Assembly: GCA_012034865.1 (NCBI GenBank)
Contig: JAAUOM010000011.1
Location: 1 to 24,000, forward strand
Length of the DNA stretch: 24,000 nt
Direction of reading: 5' to 3'
Source: Acaryochloris sp. CRU_2_0
GTDB lineage: Bacteria; Cyanobacteriota; Cyanobacteriia; Thermosynechococcales; Thermosynechococcaceae
Shown here: one piece after another, positions 1 to 7,806 of the stretch
How positions within the stretch are numbered: the stretch's first letter is position 1
How the letters are laid out: each line of letters begins with the position of its first letter
Notes under the pieces: generated by a model
The model's input: the letters and a program-made list of their open reading frames with translations, nothing else
Told to the model about the DNA's origin: nothing
The model's database searches: none
Made by a program: the position numbers and the translations under genes

Positions 1-155
1 CACAGACTCTAGCAGAAAACTGTAAGGTTGCCCTGCACAAACACGATACCAAGCAGAAACAGGGTATCTAGATCCGCAATCCATTCCCGATAGACCGGGA
101 TAAAGTTTCCGTTGTGGGCTAGGGTCTGAAATTGACTGAAATCGGGCGATATCAT
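1..155 (-). pseudogene. trpE: anthranilate synthase component I (TrpE), N-terminal part with interrupted reading frame; gene continues past window start
   Basis: The minus-strand ATG at 155..153 opens MISPDFSQFQTLAHNGNFIPVYREWIADLDT, which I recognise as a TrpE N-terminus. That frame then degenerates and stops at TAG 11..9. A frame offset by one reads PVSAWYRVCAGQPYSFLLESV out to position 1, which is the expected TrpE continuation. The junction lies at plus-strand GGG 62-64. Confidence 0.6.
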
Positions 156-170
156 CCAATTGTACAAGAT

Positions 171-176
171 ATTATA
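171..176 (-). promoter_or_regulatory. candidate -10 box (TATAAT on minus strand) for trpE
   Basis: Plus-strand attata at 171-176 is TATAAT on the minus strand. It sits just after the psaD terminator T-tract and about 16 nt upstream of the trpE ATG, which implies a very short leader. I see no clear -35 element. Confidence 0.3.
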
Positions 177-181
177 GATAT

Positions 182-213
182 AAAAAAGCCGAACCCCGCC
201 ATTGGTGGGGTTC
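182..213 (-). terminator. Rho-independent terminator downstream of psaD
   Basis: The minus strand reads GAACCCCACC-AAT-GGCGGGGTTC, a 10-bp stem with one mismatch, followed by GGCTTTTTT. It lies 78 nt after the psaD stop. Confidence 0.65.
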
Positions 214-290
214 ATGCCTTGCGTTATACAGTAGGTAGCGCCACAATTAGCATAATTAGCCAATCATGGTGTTGCTCTTAAGACCAAGCG

Positions 291-710
291 TTAGTCGTAG
301 GCTTGCTTACCAGAGTATTTTATGGAACCTGGATTAGGGTTTTCACCAATTGAACGATCCACGCTACCGACCATTTGTCGACCTTCATTGACTTTTTCAG
401 GGAAAACTCCATCTTTAGGATGAATCAAGGTGTTGGAACCATCCGGTAAAACCCGATAGATCTTATAGTCCATGATTTTCTTGGCGCGAAGCTGTCTAAC
501 CCCTAGGGCAAGGCACTGTTCTTTGCGAGCCAGATACAAGAGATTCTCTCCCTGGTTCATAACTGCCGCGCCACCCGTGGGCATTTCAAAAACCTGTTGC
601 TTGGGGCTGGTCCAGGTGATGGCATATTTCTCTTCTGTATCAGCTTTCGAGAGCAATCCGCCAGTGCTGCCGCCGAACAATGGAGTTTGTCCAGTCAGTG
701 TGTCTGCCAT
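291..710 (-). CDS. psaD: photosystem I reaction centre subunit II (PsaD)
   Basis: The translation contains [59 protein letters not shown] and [15 protein letters not shown], all typical of PsaD. I prefer the ATG at 710 (MADTLTGQ, with GGGAGA upstream) over the TTG at 725 used by the ORF track. Confidence 0.95.
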   Translation of the reverse strand: MADTLTGQTPLFGGSTGGLLSKADTEEKYAITWTSPKQQVFEMPTGGAAVMNQGENLLYLARKEQCLALGVRQLRAKKIMDYKIYRVLPDGSNTLIHPKDGVFPEKVNEGRQMVGSVDRSIGENPNPGSIKYSGKQAYD

Positions 711-1274
711 TAATCTTTCTCCCAATACGGTACTTGGTTGAGGTACCTAAATCTCTTCTAGAGGGCATCCTACCACTGCCCCTGTCCTCTTTTATCAAGT
801 TATGGCGGAACTGTTACAGTTCTTCAGGTGTTAGGAGCAAGATGAGTCTGCTGATTGCCGATGGATAGTGGGCAAAAGTGCTTTAGAAGGGTTTGCCAGT
901 CTCGATTTGGCAACAACCCTGGACAAGTTTGAAGTACACAGTTGTAGTCCGTCAGGATAGATTTGAAGGGCAACCCAAATCCTCAAAATGAGTTTTGAGA
1001 GTGTTTTGAGGGTTTTTAGCTTATCCAGTTTTGACAGACCAGTAGTACCTTGCTTCTTTCCTTGGGATAGGGAAGACTTAAAATACATCTGCGGTCTAAG
1101 CTGGGGCTGCGTGTTCAGAAGCGCCTAGATCAAGGAGGTGGCAATGATCATCAACGTGGGTTGCAGGGATTATCTGGCATACTCCGCCAGATCCAGCCTA
1201 CTCAATTTTCCAGACCTTACCCTGCCCAGAAAAAAGGCAAAATATCCTAGGTAAACCTAGAGAGTTGATTTGTT

Positions 1275-1751
1275 ATGGATTTGGCGTTTTTGCCTTGGCA
1301 GCAAGCTGACATAATTCGTCACAGTCTCAGACTTAGGGATAGTTTTGAGTGTTGGACGGGAGAGATCTTAGGGCAATCTGCTCAAGCGACCCCAGATGCG
1401 ATCGCCCACGATTTATTCTATGCACCTTTTGCCCTTTTATCCCACGGCATGGAGGCAGATCCAATTCTCAATTACGGCAATCAGCAGACCTTAGATCTGT
1501 GGGAAATCACCTGGGATGACCTGACCCAAATGCCTTCCCGCTTAACCGCTGAACCCACTGAGCAGCAAGAGCGCACCCAGTTATTAAACCAAGCCGCCCA
1601 ACAAGGCTATATTCGCAATTATCAAGGGGTGCGAATCTCCAAAACTGGACGGCGATTTAGGATTGAAAACGCAGAAATTTGGGATGTTTTGGACGAAAAA
1701 GGTCAAAAGTGCGGACAAGCAGCCAGATTCAGCCAATGGCAATGGCTATGA
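1275..1751 (+). CDS. MEKHLA domain-containing (PAS-like) protein
   Basis: The 158-aa product contains ILNYGNQQTLDLWEITWDDLTQMPSRLTAEP and GYIRNYQGVRISKTGRRFRIENAEIWDVLDEKGQKCGQAARF. This matches my memory of the MEKHLA domain, found in standalone cyanobacterial proteins and plant HD-ZIP III C-termini. Confidence 0.75.
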   Translation: MDLAFLPWQQADIIRHSLRLRDSFECWTGEILGQSAQATPDAIAHDLFYAPFALLSHGMEADPILNYGNQQTLDLWEITWDDLTQMPSRLTAEPTEQQERTQLLNQAAQQGYIRNYQGVRISKTGRRFRIENAEIWDVLDEKGQKCGQAARFSQWQWL

Positions 1752-1775
1752 GGGATCATGGAGGGAGGGGGCAAC

Positions 1776-2963
1776 CTACTTGCTCTGACTCAGTTGAGCA
1801 GGTAAGGGTTCTGGCTTGATGGCAAGAGTTTCTGACTTGCCTTGCCGCTTAATATCTAACTTTAAGGTATTCCCTAAAGTGGTATCGTCCACCTTTTGCT
1901 GGACTTGGCTGGCCTTAGTCACCGCTTGACCATCAATGGCTTGGATGATGTCTCCTGGTCGCAATCCGGCTTGGGCAGCAGGGGAGTTGGGGATAACCTC
2001 AAAAATCAAGACACCTTGATCTTCGGTAATTTGGAAATTGATGTCGGGAGCGCTATTGATCCTGTCCTTAAGATCTGGCGTCAGACCTGCCATCCGAATT
2101 CCTAAAAAGGGGTGATCGACTTTACCCTTAGCAATCAGTTGATCGGCAATGCGCTGAGCCGTTTGGATGGGAATGGCAAAGCCTAGCCCTTGCGCCCCGC
2201 CAATAATGGCGGTATTCATACCCACCACTTCCCCGGCTTGGTTGAGTAAGGGGCCTCCTGAATTGCCAGGGTTAATGGCTGCATCCGTTTGAATAAAGCC
2301 GACGCGCTTATCAGGGACACCGACATCATTGCTGGTTCGTCCTGTGGCACTAATGATGCCCGCTGTCACCGTATTATCTAGCCCTAGGGGGTTGCCAATG
2401 GCGATCGCCCATTCACCCGGTTGCAGATCTTCGGATTTGCCCATTTTGACTGTTGGTAAATCTTGAGCCTGGATTTTAATGACGGCGACATCCGTCAAGG
2501 AATCTTCACCCATAACGGTGCCCTCAAAACTGCGACCATCTTTGAGAACCACAGTAACTTTGTCTGCACCATTGACCACATGGGCATTCGTGAGAACTAG
2601 GCCCTCTTTGTTAATGATGAACCCGGAACCTGTTCCCCGCTCCACCCGATTTCGAGGTTCATTAGGTAGATCCCGACCGAAAAATTCCCGGAAGAAGGGG
2701 TCATTAAACAGGGGAGACTGCCGACGGCGCACTGTTCGTGACGAGTCGATCCGCACTACAGCAGGCCCGACTTTCTCGACGGCGCGGGCGATGAAATTGG
2801 TATCGGTTTGCCCTGGCAGGTTTTTGGGCAATTGGGCCACACTGGGTTGAGGCAGTAGATTATTGCTGGGAAAGAGTTGTGTCCCCAGGAGTGTACCCAT
2901 AGAACCGACTAATAACAGGGAGAGATAGGTCGCGGACCTTTGGACTGAAAATTTCGCAGACAT
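1776..2963 (-). CDS. HtrA/DegP-family trypsin-like serine protease with C-terminal PDZ domain
   Basis: There is an N-terminal hydrophobic anchor. The catalytic context is visible (TNAHVV, TDVAVIK, GNSGGPLLN). A C-terminal PDZ-like segment follows (PNSPAAQAGLRPGDIIQAIDGQ). Confidence 0.9.
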   Translation of the reverse strand: MSAKFSVQRSATYLSLLLVGSMGTLLGTQLFPSNNLLPQPSVAQLPKNLPGQTDTNFIARAVEKVGPAVVRIDSSRTVRRRQSPLFNDPFFREFFGRDLPNEPRNRVERGTGSGFIINKEGLVLTNAHVVNGADKVTVVLKDGRSFEGTVMGEDSLTDVAVIKIQAQDLPTVKMGKSEDLQPGEWAIAIGNPLGLDNTVTAGIISATGRTSNDVGVPDKRVGFIQTDAAINPGNSGGPLLNQAGEVVGMNTAIIGGAQGLGFAIPIQTAQRIADQLIAKGKVDHPFLGIRMAGLTPDLKDRINSAPDINFQITEDQGVLIFEVIPNSPAAQAGLRPGDIIQAIDGQAVTKASQVQQKVDDTTLGNTLKLDIKRQGKSETLAIKPEPLPAQLSQSK

Positions 2964-3133
2964 ATCGAAGAAGAGTTAAATAATTTAAGGATGACGGTTA
3001 ATATTGGGAACACAATGATTGCTCAAAGCTAAGCCTTGAATGGAAAAGAATTTCTGCCGTGGGCATTGCCCTTCATCCCTAGTGGCATTAACTTTAAGGA
3101 CTTTGCTATTACTGAAAAAGTTTCCTAAATGCT

Positions 3134-4588
3134 ATGCTCGACCAAACCTTGGCCTGGGAAAAAGCGGTTGCAGGACTACAGCAGTTTTGGGGGTACAGCC
3201 AATTCCGTCCTTTGCAAGGGGAGGCAGTGACCTGCCTGCTCAGGCACCAAGACGCTTTGGTGATGTTACCAACGGGGGCTGGAAAATCGGTTTGTTTCCA
3301 ACTGCCAGCCTTGTTACAGCCGGGACTTACGATTGTGATTTCACCCTTAGTTGCCCTGATGGAAAATCAGGTGCAAGCCCTGCATAAACGTCACCTCCCG
3401 GCGGCTGCGATCCACAGCCAGCTCTCGTCCCAACAGCGTCGACAGACCTTGTGGAAATTGGAGCATCAGCATTTACGTTTATTATATCTATCTCCAGAAT
3501 TACTGGTCAGCAAAGCCATTTGGGATCGGTTGTGTCATCCGCACTTGCAGATTCAAAACTTGATTGTGGATGAAGCCCACTGCATTGAGCAGTGGGGTAA
3601 TAGTTTTCGTCCAGTTTATCGGCGCTTGGGTGCCATTCGTCCAGCACTTTTGCAAGCCAAGTCCGCCCAATCCAAAATCGGCCCGATCGCACTAGCAGCC
3701 TATACCGCCACTGCCAATGCAACCACCCAGAAAGAGATTCAAGCGGTTCTCAATCTCCAAAACCCTCAAGTGCTGCGGTCTAGTCCCTATCGACCCAATT
3801 TAGAGTTACAGGTTAAGACCGTTTGGACCCCTGCTTGCAGACGCCAACAACTCTTGCGTTTTATTGAATCCCAAGGACAATCCTCTGGGTTAGTGTATAC
3901 CTCTAGTCGACGATTGAGCGAAGTCTTGGCAGTGTGGTTGCACCACCATCACCAGCCAACCGTTGCCTACCACGCTGGGTTAAGCCCGGGGGAACGTCGC
4001 CAGATTGAAGCGGAGTGGTTGGCGGGTCATCTTCCTTATGTGATTTGTACGAGTGCCTTTGGTATGGGGATTGATAAACCGAATGTGCGGTGGGTAGCCC
4101 ATTATCAGCCCCCTTTGAGTTTAAGTGCCTATTTACAAGAAGTGGGGCGAGCGGGGCGCGATCACCTGCGATCGCAAACTCTCTTGTTGGCCAGTGAACC
4201 CACAGGCTGGCTCGATCCTGAGGATCGGCAAATTCGCCAATATTTTCTCAAACAACTGCGATCGCAACAACAAGCAGCCCAACAGTTAGCTCATCAACTC
4301 CCTACCCAGGGTCATATCGAAGCGGTCACCCAGCAATTTCCCCAAGCGGAGAAGGCTTTAGCCCTGCTGCACCAATCCGGTCACCTGGTTTGGGAGGATC
4401 CTTTTCATTTCTGCCTTCACTCTCACTCCCAGGCTGTGTCACAATACGTGTTTCCTTTACAGGAGATGACGGATTATCTCTTTACTCGCCAATGCCGTTG
4501 GCAATTTATCCTGGAACGATTTGGTTTTAGGTCTAATGCCCAAAATTTCCGCTGCGGACATTGCGATCGCTGTCGTCCCATGTTTTGA
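3134..4588 (+). CDS. recQ: RecQ-family ATP-dependent DNA helicase (short form, no obvious HRDC)
   Basis: The product has FGYSQFRPLQ-type entry, Walker A MLPTGAGKS, a DEAH box (VDEAHCIEQWGNSFRP), TATA, ICTSAFGMGIDKPNVRWV and QEVGRAGRD. It ends in a Cys-rich tail, CGHCDRC. Confidence 0.85.
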   Translation: MLDQTLAWEKAVAGLQQFWGYSQFRPLQGEAVTCLLRHQDALVMLPTGAGKSVCFQLPALLQPGLTIVISPLVALMENQVQALHKRHLPAAAIHSQLSSQQRRQTLWKLEHQHLRLLYLSPELLVSKAIWDRLCHPHLQIQNLIVDEAHCIEQWGNSFRPVYRRLGAIRPALLQAKSAQSKIGPIALAAYTATANATTQKEIQAVLNLQNPQVLRSSPYRPNLELQVKTVWTPACRRQQLLRFIESQGQSSGLVYTSSRRLSEVLAVWLHHHHQPTVAYHAGLSPGERRQIEAEWLAGHLPYVICTSAFGMGIDKPNVRWVAHYQPPLSLSAYLQEVGRAGRDHLRSQTLLLASEPTGWLDPEDRQIRQYFLKQLRSQQQAAQQLAHQLPTQGHIEAVTQQFPQAEKALALLHQSGHLVWEDPFHFCLHSHSQAVSQYVFPLQEMTDYLFTRQCRWQFILERFGFRSNAQNFRCGHCDRCRPMF

Positions 4589-4617
4589 TTAAGGATGATC
4601 CATTTAGCTGTGTGATC

Positions 4618-4827
4618 ATGCCTCTTCTCATCCGAGTCCTAGAATCGATTGGCTGGACCTTTTTAAGTGTGGTTCTGTTCTATGTCGGATTAAGGTTATA
4701 CGATATCCTTGATCCAATTGATCACCGTGCCGAAATTCGTAAAGGCAATTTAGCCTCTGGTATTCTCCAGGCGGCCATTGTGATTGCCTTAGCAGCCATC
4801 GTCATTGCTGTGATCTCCAGCCCATAA
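4618..4827 (+). CDS. small two-TM membrane protein, DUF350-like
   Basis: The MPLLIRVLESIGW start at 4618 avoids overlap with recQ. It has two hydrophobic helices flanking DPIDHRAEIRKGNLASGI, which resembles the DUF350 signature. Confidence 0.55.
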   Translation: MPLLIRVLESIGWTFLSVVLFYVGLRLYDILDPIDHRAEIRKGNLASGILQAAIVIALAAIVIAVISSP

Positions 4828-4854
4828 ATTGATCTCAACTGTACCTGAAGGCGT

Positions 4855-5226
4855 TTACACTTTTTGAGGGATAAGTCCCAATCGTTCTCGCAAGCATTCC
4901 TCCGTTGCCCGAAAACCAACCAGAATAGGCGCGCCATCTTTGAGAATGAGGGGTCGCTTAAGGAGCATGGTATCTTCGGCAAAGGCCAAAACCCATTTTT
5001 CCTCACTCCAAGTCTTTTTTTCCTCACCTAAGGCTCGATAAGATCCACCAGAAGTATTGCGTATGGGTTTAGAGCCAAAGCTAGCGACCCATTCAGAAAT
5101 CTGCTGAAGACTGGGGGGATGCTGCTGAGTATTGATGAACTCATAGGTAAGATTGTTGGCATTCAGCCATTGCAACGCCTTCTTGCAAGTACTGCAAGTG
5201 GGAATTCCGTAGACTTGAATCGTCAT
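4855..5226 (-). CDS. ArsC/Spx/YffB-family thioredoxin-fold protein
   Basis: The 123-aa product starts MTIQVYGIPTCSTCKKALQWL. It also carries NTSGGSYRALG and LLKRPLI motifs typical of the ArsC/Spx family. Confidence 0.75.
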   Translation of the reverse strand: MTIQVYGIPTCSTCKKALQWLNANNLTYEFINTQQHPPSLQQISEWVASFGSKPIRNTSGGSYRALGEEKKTWSEEKWVLAFAEDTMLLKRPLILKDGAPILVGFRATEECLRERLGLIPQKV

Positions 5227-5606
5227 ATATTGTGTTCAATCAACCCAATAAATTATATGCGTCGAATTTAGCGGATTATTGTTCATTTGTATATAAAACT
5301 CTCTAGAGAGTAAATTAGTGCGGATTGACTCATCAGTTTTTAATGCCAATCTCAGAAATTTTCAGGAATTTTATAGCTTGTTTTCAGCAATGCACCTTAG
5401 GGTAAGTCACATCATGCTTGCCAAACCCTTTTAGGAATCCTATAGGAATTCTGATTCAATCTGCCTGGGTGAGTGCTTCCATCGTGAAGCGTCGTAATGC
5501 CGGGATAAAAAAAGATGATTCCCTGATCAAGTAACCCTAGGGATTAAATATCTGCAAGGAAGAACGAGCTTTAAACAATCATCTTGATTTGGGAGATTGC
5601 CATCTT

Positions 5607-6218
5607 ATGGATCAAGTTAGGCTGGGACGAAGACAATTACTGATCTATTTTGGGTTAGGCGTTACGGGGTCAGGCTCAGCAGCAGTTTTAAGAGGGTTTG
5701 GTAGCAACCCTGTTACTCCTGCTCCTGCCGTTGGAGAGGATATACCGATCCTAGGTGCTTTGGAAGAACCGGCTCAAGCCGCTTCTGGCAAAAAGCTGCC
5801 TGAGTTTCAGGGCATTAGTCAGTGGCTAAATTCATCACCACTGACAACTGCCAGTCTCAAAGGGAACGTAGTCCTCATTCAGTTTTGGACCTTTGCCTGT
5901 ATTAATTGTCAGCGGACGCTGCCCTACATCGTCAAGTGGCATCAGCAATATGCAGCTCAGGGTCTGCGGGTGATCGGGATACATACCCCCGAATTTGCTT
6001 TTGAGCGACAGGCCAACAATGTCCAACGCGCCCTCAAACAGCACCAAATCAGCTACCCTGTGCCTTTGGATAATGCTTACAAAACCTGGAACGCTTACAA
6101 CAACGAATACTGGCCCAATCTCTACCTGGCCGATCGCCAAGGCATGCTCCGATACAGCCATGCTGGCGAAGGAGCCTACAACACAACTGAACAAACCATT
6201 CGTCGGCTACTCGGATAA
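5607..6218 (+). CDS. exported thioredoxin-like thiol-disulfide oxidoreductase (DipZ C-terminal-domain-like)
   Basis: The CxxC active site is in FWTFACINCQRTLPY. HTPEFAFE and YWPNLYLADRQG strings are also present. The N-terminus MDQVRLGRRQLLIYFGLGVTGSGSAAVL looks like a twin-arginine signal. I prefer the ATG at 5607 over the TTG at 5589. Confidence 0.85.
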   Translation: MDQVRLGRRQLLIYFGLGVTGSGSAAVLRGFGSNPVTPAPAVGEDIPILGALEEPAQAASGKKLPEFQGISQWLNSSPLTTASLKGNVVLIQFWTFACINCQRTLPYIVKWHQQYAAQGLRVIGIHTPEFAFERQANNVQRALKQHQISYPVPLDNAYKTWNAYNNEYWPNLYLADRQGMLRYSHAGEGAYNTTEQTIRRLLG

Positions 6219-6224
6219 TCTAAA

Positions 6225-6920
6225 ATGACAACCAGCCCCCATCTATCCATAGGTATCGCTTGCTTGGCAGGGATGCTGACGGTTCTATCCCCTTGCGTAT
6301 TGCCGGTTTTGCCGATCATAGTGGGGCGATCGCTCCAATCTCATCCCTGGGGACCGATCGCACTGGTAGCAGGATTAGTCGGTGGGTTTGCCACTGTCGG
6401 TAGCCTGTTGGGGGTGACCGCCACCTGGTTGACAACCCTCACAAATGGTTTGAGAACCGTCGCCATTGCCCTGCTCCTGATCTTGGCAGGGCTGGCCATC
6501 TTTCCTACCTGGAGCTATCGACTCTGGCAAGCACTCCCCTGGATACATCGGCTCAAAGCCCCCCCTCGCATCGGTCTAGTCGGGGAGTTTTGGCTGGGGA
6601 CTCAGTTGGGGTTGTTGTGGACGCCCTGTGCTGGGCCTGTACTGGCTGGAATTTTGGTATTGGCCGCAGCTCAACATCAGGTGCTTCGGGCCTTTAGCCT
6701 CCTGGTTTTCTTTGGCATAGGTGCAGCAATTCCCTTATTAGCGATCGCTTATGGGGGACGGGCCTGCAGCCAAAAACTACTGCATCTACGGCCCCATAGT
6801 GCCACCTTACAACGAGTGGGCGGCACCATGATCCTGGCAACCGCAATTTCCATTCTGCTGGGCTGGGATATTCAGGTTCAACTGTGGCTGGCTCCGCTCT
6901 TTCCGAGTTTACCGCTGTAA
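6225..6920 (+). CDS. ccdA: CcdA/DsbD-core family membrane thiol-disulfide transporter
   Basis: It is a polytopic hydrophobic protein. Both conserved cysteine motifs are present: LSPCVLPVLP and WTPCAGPVLAG. It starts 6 nt after the upstream stop. Confidence 0.85.
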   Translation: MTTSPHLSIGIACLAGMLTVLSPCVLPVLPIIVGRSLQSHPWGPIALVAGLVGGFATVGSLLGVTATWLTTLTNGLRTVAIALLLILAGLAIFPTWSYRLWQALPWIHRLKAPPRIGLVGEFWLGTQLGLLWTPCAGPVLAGILVLAAAQHQVLRAFSLLVFFGIGAAIPLLAIAYGGRACSQKLLHLRPHSATLQRVGGTMILATAISILLGWDIQVQLWLAPLFPSLPL

Positions 6921-6938
6921 AGAGGACTTCACAATTCC

Positions 6939-7637
6939 ATGTCAATTCATCGTTTTGTACGTTTTCCCCGCCTATTTGGCAGTGTGTCCACCCTAGTGTT
7001 GGCGGCTGCCGTCGTCAACGGTGTCTTCCGTATCCCGACTTCTGTCGCCACCAGAGCAGTCTCTGATCCGGTCATTGATATCCCCATTGCTAAGGCGAAA
7101 GGAGAACAAACCGTAGTTCTGGCTGGAGGATGCTTTTGGGGAATGGAGGCTATTTTTGAGCATCTCAAAGGGGTCTCTAATGTGGTTTCTGGTTTTTCCG
7201 GTGGCAATGCAGAAACCGCGAACTATGATGCCGTCGGCTCTGGGCAGACGGGACATGCAGAATCCATCAAAATTACTTACGATCCGTCACAGATCTCCTA
7301 TGGCCAGCTTCTGAAGGTTTACTTTGCAGTGGCCCATGACCCGACCCAGTTGAACCGACAAGGTCTAGACGCTGGCCCTCAATATCGGTCGGTTATCTTT
7401 TTTGCGAACGTACACCAGCGGAGAGTTGCCCAAGCCTATATCGCTCAACTCAACACAGCCCAGACCTTCAGCAAGCCGATTGTCACCCAGCTCTTACCCT
7501 TACATAATTTTTATGCGGCTGAGGAATACCATCAGAACTTCATTGACCGTAATCCGCAAGATCTCTATGTGGTGGTGCATGACTTACCGAAACTTAGGCA
7601 ATTTCAGAAGCAGTTCCCCGATTGGTATAGAAATTAA
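6939..7637 (+). CDS. msrA: peptide-methionine (S)-S-oxide reductase MsrA with N-terminal signal/anchor extension
   Basis: The catalytic GGCFWGMEAIF motif is present, along with HAESIKITYDP, QYRSVIFF and YHQNF. These are preceded by a roughly 45-aa extension with the hydrophobic core LFGSVSTLVLAAAVVNGVF. Confidence 0.9.
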   Translation: MSIHRFVRFPRLFGSVSTLVLAAAVVNGVFRIPTSVATRAVSDPVIDIPIAKAKGEQTVVLAGGCFWGMEAIFEHLKGVSNVVSGFSGGNAETANYDAVGSGQTGHAESIKITYDPSQISYGQLLKVYFAVAHDPTQLNRQGLDAGPQYRSVIFFANVHQRRVAQAYIAQLNTAQTFSKPIVTQLLPLHNFYAAEEYHQNFIDRNPQDLYVVVHDLPKLRQFQKQFPDWYRN

Positions 7638-7806
7638 GTCTTTCTCGATTGTACCGGGTTAAAAATACATTAATACGACCGAAAAGATGCTATTGTAACC
7701 GATACATGAAGCTTATGGGGATTCTGCTTATCGCTGGCCAGACTAGATACCCCTATTTCTAACAGTAACGAATTCCAAGACTCACTTAAATTAGTTACTA
7801 CAAGCC

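Noticed and set aside
813-830. Possible HLR1 (RpaB) site GTTACAGT-TC-TTCAGGTG about 100 nt upstream of psaD
   Set aside because: Only the first 8-mer matches the (G/T)TTACA(T/A)(T/A) half-site well. The second matches about 4 of 8 positions, which is too weak to call without comparative data.
472-868. Plus-strand ORFs 472..741 and 680..868, antisense to or overlapping psaD
   Set aside because: They lie opposite a strongly supported, highly conserved gene. Their translations are low-complexity, and I see no recognisable motifs or RBS. They are typical shadow ORFs.
831-1088. 85-aa minus-strand ORF in the psaD/MEKHLA intergenic region
   Set aside because: The translation is repetitive and low-complexity (LSKLDKLKTLKTLSKL). 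There is no RBS and no family resemblance. It sits where the psaD promoter and leader are expected.
1896-4000. Internal or antisense ORFs 1896..2105, 2479..2850, 3040..3387 and 3507..3722
   Set aside because: They overlap the well-supported HtrA and RecQ genes in other frames or on the other strand. Their translations are Arg/Ser/Pro-rich, as is typical of off-frame reading of GC-rich coding sequence.
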